Below, one piece after another: positions 9,430 to 20,222 of a stretch of 64,000 bases of DNA. The notes below the pieces were generated by a model. The model ran no database searches. It had not been told where the DNA came from and was given only the letters and a program-made list of their open reading frames with translations. The position numbers were made by a program, and so were the translations under genes. The stretch comes from Diplonema japonicum (Eukaryota; Protista; Euglenozoa: Diplonemea), in contig OZ025681.1 in assembly GCA_964019335.1 (NCBI GenBank), forward strand, positions 434,001-498,000, written 5' to 3'. How positions within the stretch are numbered: the stretch's first letter is position 1; each line of letters opens with the position of its first letter.

Positions 9430-10565
9430 CTAATACGTTTCTTGTTCGCAGGTTTCTTCCTTTTGTCCAGTAGGCGACATCTCGACCGACAGTGTTTGTG
9501 AACCGTACCTTTTTTTTTTTTTTTTTCAAATTAAATTTTATTTTCAAAAAAGATACACATATATTTATTTTCCACATACCAGGCTTCTCCTCTTTTAAGC
9601 GAGATAGGTCCTTTGATGGCGCCTGATTCTACGCATAGCATGCTGTTCCAACCGAAATTGTTGAAGTCTCTCATAGCAAGGGCCTTCTCCGCCCCGGGGT
9701 TCCATACAACTACGTCAGGCAAGGACGGACTTTTGTGGATATCGACTTTCGCAAAGCAACCATCGTTCAGACCGACCGCAGATGGTGTGTCCGCATAGAT
9801 CCGATCAGTGGGTTCTGTGATGGACACAGCGGAGTTCTTCTCCTCGAACTCAGCAAAGTCCTTCAGCTTGTCAGTATACGTTACACCAGCAAGACCCTCC
9901 ACCCTCGCGTGCCCAAGGTGCGGAATACTGAAATAATTATGCATCGCTGTGGTGAACTCTAACGGCATCTCACCTGTATTCTCAACCTTCAAAGATGTGG
10001 TCAATGAATGCGGCTTCAAATGCACGCTGTAAGTAACCTTGAATAAATGGTTGTACAGTGCCAAGGTTGCGGGTGTTGCAAGATGCTGGAGCGAAATGCA
10101 CACATTATTCTCGTTGGATTCGGTGTCAACGATTGTCCACTCGGGGCTTGTCCTTAGAAAGCCATGAAGCGGGAGGTCCCCATGGCCGAACTGCGGCCAA
10201 CACAGAGGGATGCCACCTCTTATAGGCTCGCCTTCTGTGTAGTTGGTGTCAGGTGACATCCATAAGGCATCATGCCCATCCACAGCCCAGCGTGTGACGT
10301 GGGCCCCGTATAGGTATACCTCTGCTGTGTTTCCATCCCCGTGGCTTAGGACCGCTTTTACCAGGCCGCCTTCGCCGTAGCAGAATCTAACGCTTCCTAC
10401 AATGCCATGTCGTTTGTTCAGCTCTTCCATGTTGCGCCTTCCCATCGCCTTGCACATGTCCCCAACGGGGTTTGCGGGGGACCTTCCCTTGAAGACCTCC
10501 TCCAGCATCCTGTCCACCACATCCGGTATGCCGGCTTTCTTGAACTGTTCCATTAGTTCTTGCAT
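9430..10565 (-). CDS. Glucose-6-phosphate 1-epimerase (aldose 1-epimerase family) with N-terminal extension; join(9580-10565, 9430-9508)
   Basis: LYGAHVTRW, IRGGIPLCWPQFG, HGFLR, FTTAMHNYF, DRIY, DVVVWNP, MLCVE motifs. Removing intron 9509-9579 gives the family-typical end GEAWYGSQTLSV. Confidence 0.92.
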
Positions 10566-10753
10566 TTTTTTTTTTTCTTTCTTTTTTTTTTTTTTTTTCC
10601 TTTCTTTTTTTTCTTCTCCCCCGCCCCCTCCCTCTTTCAAAAAGAAAAAACACGCGTCCACATGCGTTTGGAAGAAATAATTACAAAGAAAATCAGAGAG
10701 AGAGAGAGAGAGCAATAGTAACAATTTTCTCTTTTTATTCTTTTTTTCCCCTA

Positions 10754-12376
10754 TTAGGGGCGTTCGGTTTTTTTTCTGTTCTGGCGAAGATGTTCAGGCA
10801 ACAAACACTCGCCCTCTCGCAAGGGAATGCCCGACACGTATGCTGCGTCTTGGTACCGCTGCGCTACAAAGCTGCTGTGAGGCCACCGTTCGTAACCCAG
10901 GTTCCTGCTTTCTTTGAAGGAGTTCTTGTGGGATTGGATAAGGATACACACGCGGTCTTGCTTGTGAAAGCTCCACCCCCCACACCGTGTGTTGTTCTTG
11001 CCGTAGACGACCCCCCAGCAGACGGTGCTACAATTCTCTTCTGAGTGCGATTCAGGGATTGTAACCTCAGCAGTTCCAGCCTCCTCGCTTGCTTTGTACT
11101 TATACCCGTACTCCATATATGTAGAATGTTCAGAACCCAAATCTGTTTTGTGATCATAGAAACGAATTTGTTTTGCGACCTCAAGCCCCAGTGATGCGAA
11201 TCTCTCCCGCATGGCGCGTACAAACCGCAGGACGTTACTGCTTATTGTTGTGTTTTGTTCGACGACAGCGAAGTTCTCCGGTTTGAACCCTCTTCTGATC
11301 CGCGCGTTCAGTTTGTATTCCCAGTGCGACAGAGACTTCGTCCCGTAGTGGTTGTACCCTATCCCTGCGACGCAGCAGTCGGAGGATGGGGTGGGTGGGT
11401 GTGATGAACCTCCGCCAAGTTGGGCGTAAAGATGGCACTGCCGTCTGTCGTTATCCCATATCGTTTCTTTGCACTTCTCATGATGCCACACTGACTCCAG
11501 CCCATCTTGAAAGATTGCATCAGGCAGGGCCTCTGCTCTCCTCTTTTTGTACCTACTCGTGTTTGTGGGAAGGTGCGGGTGGCCCACGTGTTCCACCCCA
11601 ACGCACTTTGTGTTGTACATTGATTTCATATGCCGGCACTCCAGACAGAAGTCCCAGTATCTTTTCTCGCAGTTGTGATCGTTGGCTGTGTGGGACGCGC
11701 AGTCCCCGCCGCTCGACAGGAAGTTCTCGATCATCAGCCCGGCAGGGTGTTCAACATGTCCGGATGTCCCGAACCTCTCCCACCGTATTGTGTGGTGTGC
11801 TCGGTTTTGATCGCAGTGATCCCGCACGTGGCTAGTCAGATCGCACCCCATAGTCGGGTAGATGAACTCATCGGTGTCCGCAAAGATGAACTGATCCACG
11901 TACTCGTGCACCAGCTCGTAACACGTCTTCGGCACAATGCAGTTTAAGGAATTCCCGCACCCAGGGTGCCATTTTGGAATCTCGTTCACAACTGTGACAA
12001 AGCCTTGATCTTCATATGTCTGAAGGATGTCGCCAGTCCTGTCGTCCACGCCGGGCTTGTTGTCGTTGATAACCCAAACATGACCAATGCCTGAGAGGAG
12101 TTGGAGCTCAAGCCATTCTTGAAGCCATGTTGAGGAGAAGGCTGTGGATGAACAGACCCCAAGGTACCAGTGGTGCTTCGCGGGGTCCAGATCGGAGAGA
12201 GAGGTGCGGCTGCTGAACTGCGGTACCTCTGGGATGGGTGGCGCAGGGGTTGGGGACGGAGTTGTGTCTTGTGATGATTTCTTGACGCTCACGAACACTT
12301 GCCCCCGTGACTTAAACAACTCAGAGGCGGCTAGTATGAGCAGTAGGACCCAGGCAAGCCTTGCCCATCGATTCAT
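10754..12376 (-). CDS. GT92/GT2-like glycosyltransferase (paralog 2)
   Basis: Same motifs as 6836-8479, with long identical DNA blocks. Start MNRWARLAW at 12376. Confidence 0.8.
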   Translation of the reverse strand: MNRWARLAWVLLLILAASELFKSRGQVFVSVKKSSQDTTPSPTPAPPIPEVPQFSSRTSLSDLDPAKHHWYLGVCSSTAFSSTWLQEWLELQLLSGIGHVWVINDNKPGVDDRTGDILQTYEDQGFVTVVNEIPKWHPGCGNSLNCIVPKTCYELVHEYVDQFIFADTDEFIYPTMGCDLTSHVRDHCDQNRAHHTIRWERFGTSGHVEHPAGLMIENFLSSGGDCASHTANDHNCEKRYWDFCLECRHMKSMYNTKCVGVEHVGHPHLPTNTSRYKKRRAEALPDAIFQDGLESVWHHEKCKETIWDNDRRQCHLYAQLGGGSSHPPTPSSDCCVAGIGYNHYGTKSLSHWEYKLNARIRRGFKPENFAVVEQNTTISSNVLRFVRAMRERFASLGLEVAKQIRFYDHKTDLGSEHSTYMEYGYKYKASEEAGTAEVTIPESHSEENCSTVCWGVVYGKNNTRCGGWSFHKQDRVCILIQSHKNSFKESRNLGYERWPHSSFVAQRYQDAAYVSGIPLREGECLLPEHLRQNRKKTERP

Positions 12377-12760
12377 TGACACCTATTGTTGTGTTCAGTT
12401 AACAGTGAAAGAATAAAAAAAAGTTAAGAAAGAAAAGAGGCGTAAAAAATAAAAGGAAAAGAAAAAGAAGGGGGGGGGAGGGGGAGGGGGGATGAAAGGA
12501 GGGGGATGAACAGTTATAGATATAGTTCATGTTTCTTCTTTTTTTCTCTCTCTCTCTCTCTCTTTTTTTTTTTTTCCTTTCCCCTTCCACAAATCGCTAT
12601 CCTATCTATTCAAACCTGGCTCCCCCCCTTCTCTCATTTACCCCAGACACAGCAAGGCGAGAAACAAAAAAAAAAAGATATTACAAGCAAAAAAAAAAGT
12701 ATAAAAAGCGAACACTAAAAAAAAAATCGGGGGGGGGGGAAATTTTTTTTTTCTTCTTTC

Positions 12761-14407
12761 TCATTTCAAGTGCTTCGGCAACGGACATTCCCCCTCGAAC
12801 AGGGGTATTCCAGAAATGTAGTCTTGATGCATCACACGGTCCGCAGTGAACGATGTATGAGGCCACCTAAGATACCCTAAATCACCCCCAAGCCGCCAAG
12901 AATTGTAAGGAGAATACACCAGCGTACAGGTTAACGTCTCAGAATGGAAAGACCAACCCCCACACCGCCCCTTTTTGTTAGTGTGGCTCCAACACGCGGA
13001 GCAGCAAGAAGACGTAGAATTGGCGGTGGACGGGATGGGGGAGGTACCATGGGCGGGGACAGGATTGTACCTCCAACCTTTTTCGACAAAACATGCTCCC
13101 TCAGGTACATCATGGAAAGTAACATTTGGCGAGACAGGTACACCGAGCACCGTGAAGCGATCGCGAAGCGCGCGAACAAATCGAAGAACGTTTGCGGAAA
13201 TAGTGGTATTGAGCTCAACGATGGAGAAGTCAGCAGGTCTGAAGCCTCTTTTAATCGCGGAGTTCATTTTCCTGTTCCATCGCGACATTGATTTCGTCCC
13301 GTAGTGGTTGTACCCGATCCCGGCGGTGCAGCAGTCGGAGGATGGTTCGGGTGGGAATTTCGAACCGCCACCGTGTTCGAGCCACATCATACACAACAGC
13401 CTGTTCTCCTCCCATTCTGTTTCGGTACACGTTGAATCTTTCCAAATCGACGTTTCGCCGGGCTGTACGATACCACCGGGGAAGAATTCGGGGTGTTTTT
13501 TAAAATGGGTTGTGTTAGTCGGGTTGTGCGGATGGCCAGCGTGTTCAACGTTAACACACTTTGCGGTATTGTACATAACCTTGCTGTGCCGGCATTCCAA
13601 ACAATAATCAAACAGATGCACAAAACAGAAACGTCCGGTTGCGGTGTGCGCGGTGCAGTCGCCGCCGGATGACAGAAAATTCTCGGACATCAAACCAACA
13701 GGATGCTCGAAATGCCCGGATGTCCCAAAACGTTCCCATCGAATCAAGTGATACGCCTCATCGTGATCGCAGTAGTTAAGTACATGTGATGAAACATCGC
13801 AGTTCATAGTGGGGTAGATGTACTCGTCTGTGTCGGCGAATATCAGCCAATCGACGTATTCATGTGCGATTTCGAAACACACTTTTGGGGAGATGCAGTT
13901 GGGGACCGTCCCGCATCCAGGATGGTACTTCGGCATGCCGACCAGAACGGTTACAAAACCCAGGTTTTCGTACTCCTCCAGGATTGTCGCGGTGTCCTCG
14001 TCTTGTCCTGGGGGGTTGTCGTTGATGACCCAAATATGCCCGATTCCTGAGATAAGTTGCAATTCTATCCATTCCCGTAGCCATTCACTTGATTGTGCAG
14101 TCGAAGCACATACTCCTAGGTACCAATGGTTTTTGTTGGCATCCAGGTCTGCGCTTGATGTTTTTCCTCCTGTCACGCTTTGTGGTAGAGGTGTCAAGGG
14201 TTTTTTGTATTCTGTTGATGGAGGGGAGTCAGTTGGTGTTGGTTCTTTCGATGGTTCCGGCGTGGTCGTGGTGGTATCCGGGACCGGTTTTCGAGACTTG
14301 TTCGTATCCTTGCCCTCGTTGTTGTTACCGGCTATGCCGACAATTTTCCACAACGTCTCTGCCATAAAAACGAGGGCGATCGCCATGATTACTTTTTGCG
14401 CGGACAT
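12761..14407 (-). CDS. GT92/GT2-like glycosyltransferase (paralog 3, more diverged)
   Basis: LREWIELQLISGIGHIWVINDN, FADTDEY, NHYGTKS, T/P-rich stem, PAN-like tail. Confidence 0.8.
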   Translation of the reverse strand: MSAQKVIMAIALVFMAETLWKIVGIAGNNNEGKDTNKSRKPVPDTTTTTPEPSKEPTPTDSPPSTEYKKPLTPLPQSVTGGKTSSADLDANKNHWYLGVCASTAQSSEWLREWIELQLISGIGHIWVINDNPPGQDEDTATILEEYENLGFVTVLVGMPKYHPGCGTVPNCISPKVCFEIAHEYVDWLIFADTDEYIYPTMNCDVSSHVLNYCDHDEAYHLIRWERFGTSGHFEHPVGLMSENFLSSGGDCTAHTATGRFCFVHLFDYCLECRHSKVMYNTAKCVNVEHAGHPHNPTNTTHFKKHPEFFPGGIVQPGETSIWKDSTCTETEWEENRLLCMMWLEHGGGSKFPPEPSSDCCTAGIGYNHYGTKSMSRWNRKMNSAIKRGFRPADFSIVELNTTISANVLRFVRALRDRFTVLGVPVSPNVTFHDVPEGACFVEKGWRYNPVPAHGTSPIPSTANSTSSCCSACWSHTNKKGRCGGWSFHSETLTCTLVYSPYNSWRLGGDLGYLRWPHTSFTADRVMHQDYISGIPLFEGECPLPKHLK

Positions 14408-14537
14408 TTCTTTTTTTTTCTTTTTTTTTTTTCGTTTTCTCCCTCCTCCCTCCCCTCCCCCCCCCGACGTCCTCCCTCCCCTTTCGCCTTTTTTTAATTT
14501 TTTTTTTTTTTTTTTTTTTTTACATTTTTTTTTTTAA

Positions 14538-16341
14538 CCATCTATCAACGAGCGTCTATATATAGACGATTTGAAAAAAAATCTTTTACGCAAAGGGCTT
14601 TCAATGCAATACGGCCCGGCCCTTTCTTGCCGGCGGGGTCCTGCGCGGAAAATATGAAAAAAATAAACTAAATGCTGCCCTAACTTAACAAGAAAATGAA
14701 AAAATGAAAAAAAACGCCAGCCCAAATTTACCCTTAAAAATCACTTCAAAAAAAGGCGCCCGGAAAGAGGGCCGGAAGAGGACGTTATGAGTGATGGCAG
14801 CACGATGGCTCATCCCTATTATGCAATTTTGATACAAACAGTGATTCTGACACGAATTCGACCGATTCCGAGTCACAGCAGGGTGATTGGACGGCAAAGC
14901 CGGAGCAGTTGGAAGGCATCCGGTTTCGTGAAGATCGGAATCCTTGTGGACCCTGTTTTGACATCAAAGGCTCAACGCCATACCATATATTCTCCAAATG
15001 CTCGTCCCAAACGTTATTCGGGTCATAACTTCGAACAATGTGGCAAATGCGGCTAAAAAAGGTGTCTCCCTGGATCTCGATGCTGCTTCTCTGCATACCT
15101 TCCTAGGTGTCCTTTTGTCGATGGACTTGGATATCAAGCCAGATTATTCTGATTACTGGCACACTGGCTCCACGTCTCTCAACTACACCCCTGGGTACGC
15201 CACCGTCATGTCAAGAGACCGCTTTTTGACTATTCTGGGAAATCTGTGTTTCCACAGCGAAACAAACAAGCGTGCTGACTTCTACTTATCGCAAAGGCCT
15301 CCCGGAGATCATGGATGCCCCAAAGAAGCGAGGCCGCATGCCAAGGACGCGCATCCCGTGGGGACACCCAGTTCCACCAGCACGCGAGCATCCTTTGCAC
15401 CACAACGTGGCATGACATCATGCCAGCGTGCTTTCTATCGACGTTGGATGTTCCGGTGAAGTTGAATTTGACGTGTCGGCCAAAAGAGAATGAAAGCCGG
15501 AAAGGACATCCCGCCCCCCACCAAGTGCATATTTACAACACCGCAATGGGCGGAACCGACGCTGGGTGATGCTGTGACAAAACGCCATAAACGCACCCTT
15601 ATGACTTAAAAGTGGCCCCTAAAAGTATTTTTGTACTTGTTAGATAAATCTCTGGCGAATGCTTGGCTTGGGAAAGAAGCCTTGCCCCCCAACGCCCTGA
15701 GTACGAACGACAGTGGATTTACGCCTTTCAAAGAGGCAGTCATCGAAGGGCTACTAGGGAGGCAGTCTAAACAACAGATAAAGTCAACTACAGAGCAGGC
15801 TGCCCCAATACCATGCCCCGAAACACAGAACGAGTGCTCTGAGACCCCAATGCGCCGTGACAGTACCTTCTGGGACCATTTACCCGAAAAAGTAGTGCAA
15901 CGTGCGGTGCAAGCATTGCAAGTCGAAAAGACCCCTATTTCAGTGTTCAGCCTGCTTGGTACAACTTTGCGTGACTCCGTGCTTCAAGGACTACCACCTT
16001 GCCGGGGATACCCCCCAGAAACCCCTCCCGGGGTCAAAAAAGAAGTCCCCCAGCCCTGGGGCACATACGAACCGCGTCAAGAAGGCCTTAAATAGCTTTT
16101 TATAGAATTTTACAGTCGATTTTTTTTGACTTGTTTTTTGTATCCCCTCTCGGGCACTTCAGGAACGATATTTTTGACAATGTTGTGGGGGTGGACCCTG
16201 CTGTGGGCACCCTCTCTCTAGAATTGGGACATCTGGAGGCATTTCCGGGGGCATATAGCCCCGGCGTTGCGCTGGAATAGCTTTTTTTGAAGTTTTGAAA
16301 ATTTACCCCCTGGTGGGCAAAAATGGTCCGTTGGTAGATGG
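14538..16341 (+). mobile_element. piggyBac DNA transposon, defective
   Basis: TTAA at 14534-14537 and 16342-16345. TIR ccatctatcaacg / cgttggtagatgg (12/13 match). Internal transposase fragments. Confidence 0.93.
14990..16000 (+). pseudogene. piggyBac transposase remnant (deleted, frameshifted)
   Basis: DYW...MSRDRFLTILGNLCF; YNTAMGGTD; KWPLKVFLYLLDKSLANAW; C-terminal Cys-rich RCKHC...CSACLVQLCVTPCFKDYH, spread over several frames. Confidence 0.9.
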
Positions 16342-16532
16342 TTAAAAAATATTTTTGGGGGGGTGTATTATTCTCTGTTTAATCCTTGGTTTTTTTTTTT
16401 TTTTTTTTTTTTTTTCTTTTTTTTTTCGCCCTCTCAAACTCGGGAGAGACCTGGGATAGGTAAATGTTTCTTTTTTTTTTTTTTTTTTCTTATTTTTTTT
16501 TTAAAAATATTATTCTTACAACAGCTCTGCTC

Positions 16533-16772
16533 CTATTTTGTAATCTTCACCTTCAGTGCTGGCATGAAGTTCTGTTTAACTCCTTTCGGGGGGGCGGCCA
16601 AGTCGGGGGGAAGGTAATTCCAGGCACTGTAACCTAACCGAAGCTTCGCCTTTCTTCGTCTAGTGGCAAAGTCGTCCGCTTCGCTGAAGGTATTTGCAAT
16701 TTTCTTTCGGGCCGCCTCTGCCACAAGCACGAGGATGCCCCCTCGCGCTGTTGCTGAAATGAAGTACCTCAT
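16533..16772 (-). CDS. Small basic protein (79 aa), unknown function
   Basis: Normal-complexity island between homopolymer tracts; ATG preceded by an A-rich tract like neighbouring genes. Confidence 0.55.
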   Translation of the reverse strand: MRYFISATARGGILVLVAEAARKKIANTFSEADDFATRRRKAKLRLGYSAWNYLPPDLAAPPKGVKQNFMPALKVKITK

Positions 16773-16786
16773 TGTCTTTTTCCTCT

Positions 16787-16819
<33 letters not shown>

Positions 16820-17509
16820 TGTCAAAGCCCGCCCCTTTTAAGCAAGACTTTTCCCACACACACAAATGAACAATAACATAATAGTTTAATCCGAGGGAGG
16901 AAAGGGAAGGGGGGAGGTTAAAAAAAAAGGGGGGGGAGATGGAATAGGTGGTATTGTTATCTATTGCTGTAAAAGTTAAAAAATGTCGGGCTTACAAATG
17001 TCCTGTCTGGCAAGCTCCCGGACAAGAGACTCCTCTGTTGAGGTTTCCCAGGCTCACCCAGCAAAGGCTAGGTTACTCTAAGATCGCTGCCAAAAGAGCT
17101 ACCAAGCCCACAGGCAGTGTAGTCGTGCCCCATACCGGGCACGGAAAGACTCGAATCTGTCAGTTCAGGGTTTTTTCACTTTACAATTTTCCTTTTTTCT
17201 TTTTTTTTTTTTTTTTTGCAGAAAGGCAGGATGAGGAAAAAGGGTGTTAAACCAGCAAAAATCGAAGGCTAAGACTGTGCCGCAAAAAAGAACGAAAAAA
17301 AAAGGGGGGGGGAGAAAAAAAAAAAACACTTCCCCATATTTTCTTCCCCCCCATTCCTTTTTCCTTTTCCTTTTCCCTTTTTTTTATATTTTTTAAAAAA
17401 GAAAACTGTAAAAGTACTTTTGTGCAAAGTTGTCTCTAAAACAATTTTCTTTTTATTTTCTTTTTTATATATATATATATATTTCTTTTTTTAAAACCTT
17501 TTTTCTGTT

Positions 17510-19805
17510 CTATCCCGTTTTGAAGAACTCGATCAACCCTTCCAGGCTGTACTGTTGCTGCTGCAAAAAAAAATAATAATAAATTCTTCCACCACCCCAT
17601 TCCATTCCCCAAACATACCTGCAATCTTTGCATCAACACAGGGACCTTATGCTGAGGGTTCTGCCCCTTCGCACGGTACTTGTCTAGGAAAAGCTTCTGC
17701 ACCAGATTGTACAAAAATTCAAGGTGTTTCGGTCTAAGTGCGAGTTCCTTCTCCAACTGGAACGAATTCTGTATTTTTTTTTTATCTTTTTTTTTTTTCT
17801 ACGATACTTTAAGGCACTCCCGGTACTCTTCTGATAAGAAACTTACGTCCTGTTCTTGCATTTCGATCTCTTTCAACGCAGACAGCAGCGCGACTTTATC
17901 TGTCAAACCAAGTTGATGGCTCAGCTTGGGATGCAGCAGGTGAAGCACCCGAGTGCACGCTTCATCTAGATTAGCTGTTTCTAAATTAACCGAAGCAAGC
18001 TTTACCTTCTTCGCGGTTGCCGCCTTACCAATGTAGTCCCAGAGCACCGTTAGCGTGCTAATACTGTCGGAGACAAAGTGTGCCTCGTTGTTCCTATAGT
18101 GTATCTTGAGAATCGTCCCGAGGAACGTCGATGTGAAATAATACGTCACTTTCTCATCGTGAAGCATGGCGGGGATCTCGGGTAGACACTCTCTTACCCA
18201 GGCGTGCATGTCGTTTACAGCGAAAGCACCTTCCATTTTCATGTTTATCGCACATGATGGGATCTCAGGTGCTTCATTCAATCTTTGATGCAAAGAAAGC
18301 GGCTTGATATCGTACTGCACAAGCTGGCAGGTTTTTGGAGTCAGGAAGGGGATGACGTATGCGGACAATGTACCATGCTGGCCCTCGACGGTTCGGACTT
18401 TCATTTCAATTCTCGATGTTGATTCTGTGCAGCGGTACGAAGCTAGTAGTTTTGCGTGCGGCGCGTCGGGCTTCGTCGTGCTTACAATACACGCGTTATT
18501 GTCGGTGTCTAAGAGTTCAATTTCTACATCTGATACAATAGCTACCGTGTCGATAGGGGCGTCGATTGCGATGGTGAGCGCCCATGAAGCGGTGGATTCT
18601 AGTACGAATTTGTCTTGTACGCTGTGGGTGGCGGTGACGGCAACGCATGCCGATGACAGTTTTGAATAATCGTCCTTTTTCTGCGAGAGGGCGTCCTTCA
18701 TCTTCGCCGCCTCGTCCTCGAGCGCTTGCAGCCGTTTCTTCTTCTCGGCGTTTGCTTGGGAGATCTGTTTTGCCTTCGCGTGCGAGGTGGCTTTGCTGCC
18801 GACAATGCTCATTGGAAGCTCGTCCTTCGCCTCCGCACTGTAACAGATTACCTTCCCGGTGTACGTCCCAATCACAATATCTTCCGTTGTAACCTGTGTT
18901 ATCGATCCGGCCCCTATTCCTTGAATGGATTCGTTCACAGTTGTTTGGTACCGTCTGTCGGGTACGTCTGACCCGACCTCCGTTCCGTAGATTTCAAGGT
19001 TTCCATCGTCTTTACCGACAATGAGCTGTTTGATGCCTTCGCTGGAGACGTCCGATGAGTGGATGGCTGTGATTCCGCCTTTTCCGGTGTCGTCTCTCGC
19101 CCAGTATTTTGCAAGCCCGCCGGGGGTCACCTTAAAGGAGCCGATGAATCCATTAGCAGTACCATATACAATTTCCCGTGATTCTTGTTTTGATTTTGAA
19201 CCAGCAGCATGCACTACTTCATGGATGGTCATGACACCGCCTTCACATGGTTCGGTGTACACTACCGAGCTCCCTTGGATGACACGGATTGTTCTGTCTT
19301 GGCATGCTACGATTGCATTGTACTCCTTGTCAGAGACGACCCTCGCCATGAGAAGATCGTTGACGTGGTCGGGGGAGTTTAAGTAAGCGGCTTCTGCGCC
19401 CTCTTCGAAGGCCGCAACTACGTATTCTCCGGAAGTCCAGATCCATGGGGTTTTGACAGCTATGTTTTTAATCGGTTCTGTGAGGTTTGTCTCGACTTTG
19501 AAATATTCTGTTCCCTTTTTGTTGAACGCTCTTAGGGTGTCGCCAGAGGCGGTGAACACCTTGTCCCCGTCGAGGTCTAGGCTTGCAAAGCCTTTCTGAG
19601 AGGTGGCCTTAAATACTACCTTCACCTCAGCTGTTTTGGAGTCGATTTGAAGGTAGTTCATTAGCCCTGATGTGTCGGCTACTACAACTTTCTGCCGTTT
19701 TCCCTTCCCCTCTGCGCGGGGTATCACTTTGAGGCACCCCCTGTTCATGGATGACATTGCAGTCATGTCGACTCTGTTGAAGTTGAGCAACCTGTCGGTT
19801 TCCAT
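17510..19805 (-). CDS. BBS7: Bardet-Biedl syndrome 7 protein (BBSome subunit); join(17808-19805, 17619-17768, 17510-17560)
   Basis: QKVVVADTSG, AFNKKGTEYF..ETNLTEPI, ACQDRTIRV, LLASYRC..TSRIEMKVRTVEGQHGTL, PKTCQ..YDIKPLSLHQR. Two GT-AG introns restore the C-terminus (LEFLYNLVQKLFLDKYR...YSLEGLIEFF). Confidence 0.93.
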
Positions 19806-20222
19806 TTTTTTTTTTTTTTTTTTCCGCGCACTTGATTTTTTTTTTTTTTATAAGTTGATATTGTTGGGAAAAAAAAAAAAAAAAAAAAAAAACAATAAAA
19901 CACAGGCGAAGAATGGAAGGAGTTGGGGGACAAAAAAAAAAAAGAAAGAAAGGCGAGGTTTCTTTCATTCTTTTCTTTCTTTCTTTTTTTTCTTTTTTTT
20001 TTTTAGTGTGTGTGGGAGGAAAAAAAAAAAGAATGCAGCGGTCGGAATAGTCGACCAAAAAAAAAGGGGGGGGGCGGTTCATTTATTTTTTTACAGTTCA
20101 AATGAAAAGGGGTTTCTCGTTCTCGTAAGAAACGCAAAAAAAAAAAAAAAAAAAAAAAAAAAAGATGTCTTTGAAGGGAACCTGCAGTATGTGACAGGAT
20201 CGCCTAACGACAATCAACTCAT

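Noticed and set aside
17790-17810. Stop-codon reassignment or readthrough explaining truncated ORFs
   Set aside because: Canonical GT-AG introns restore each frame, and TAA, TAG and TGA all appear as terminators.
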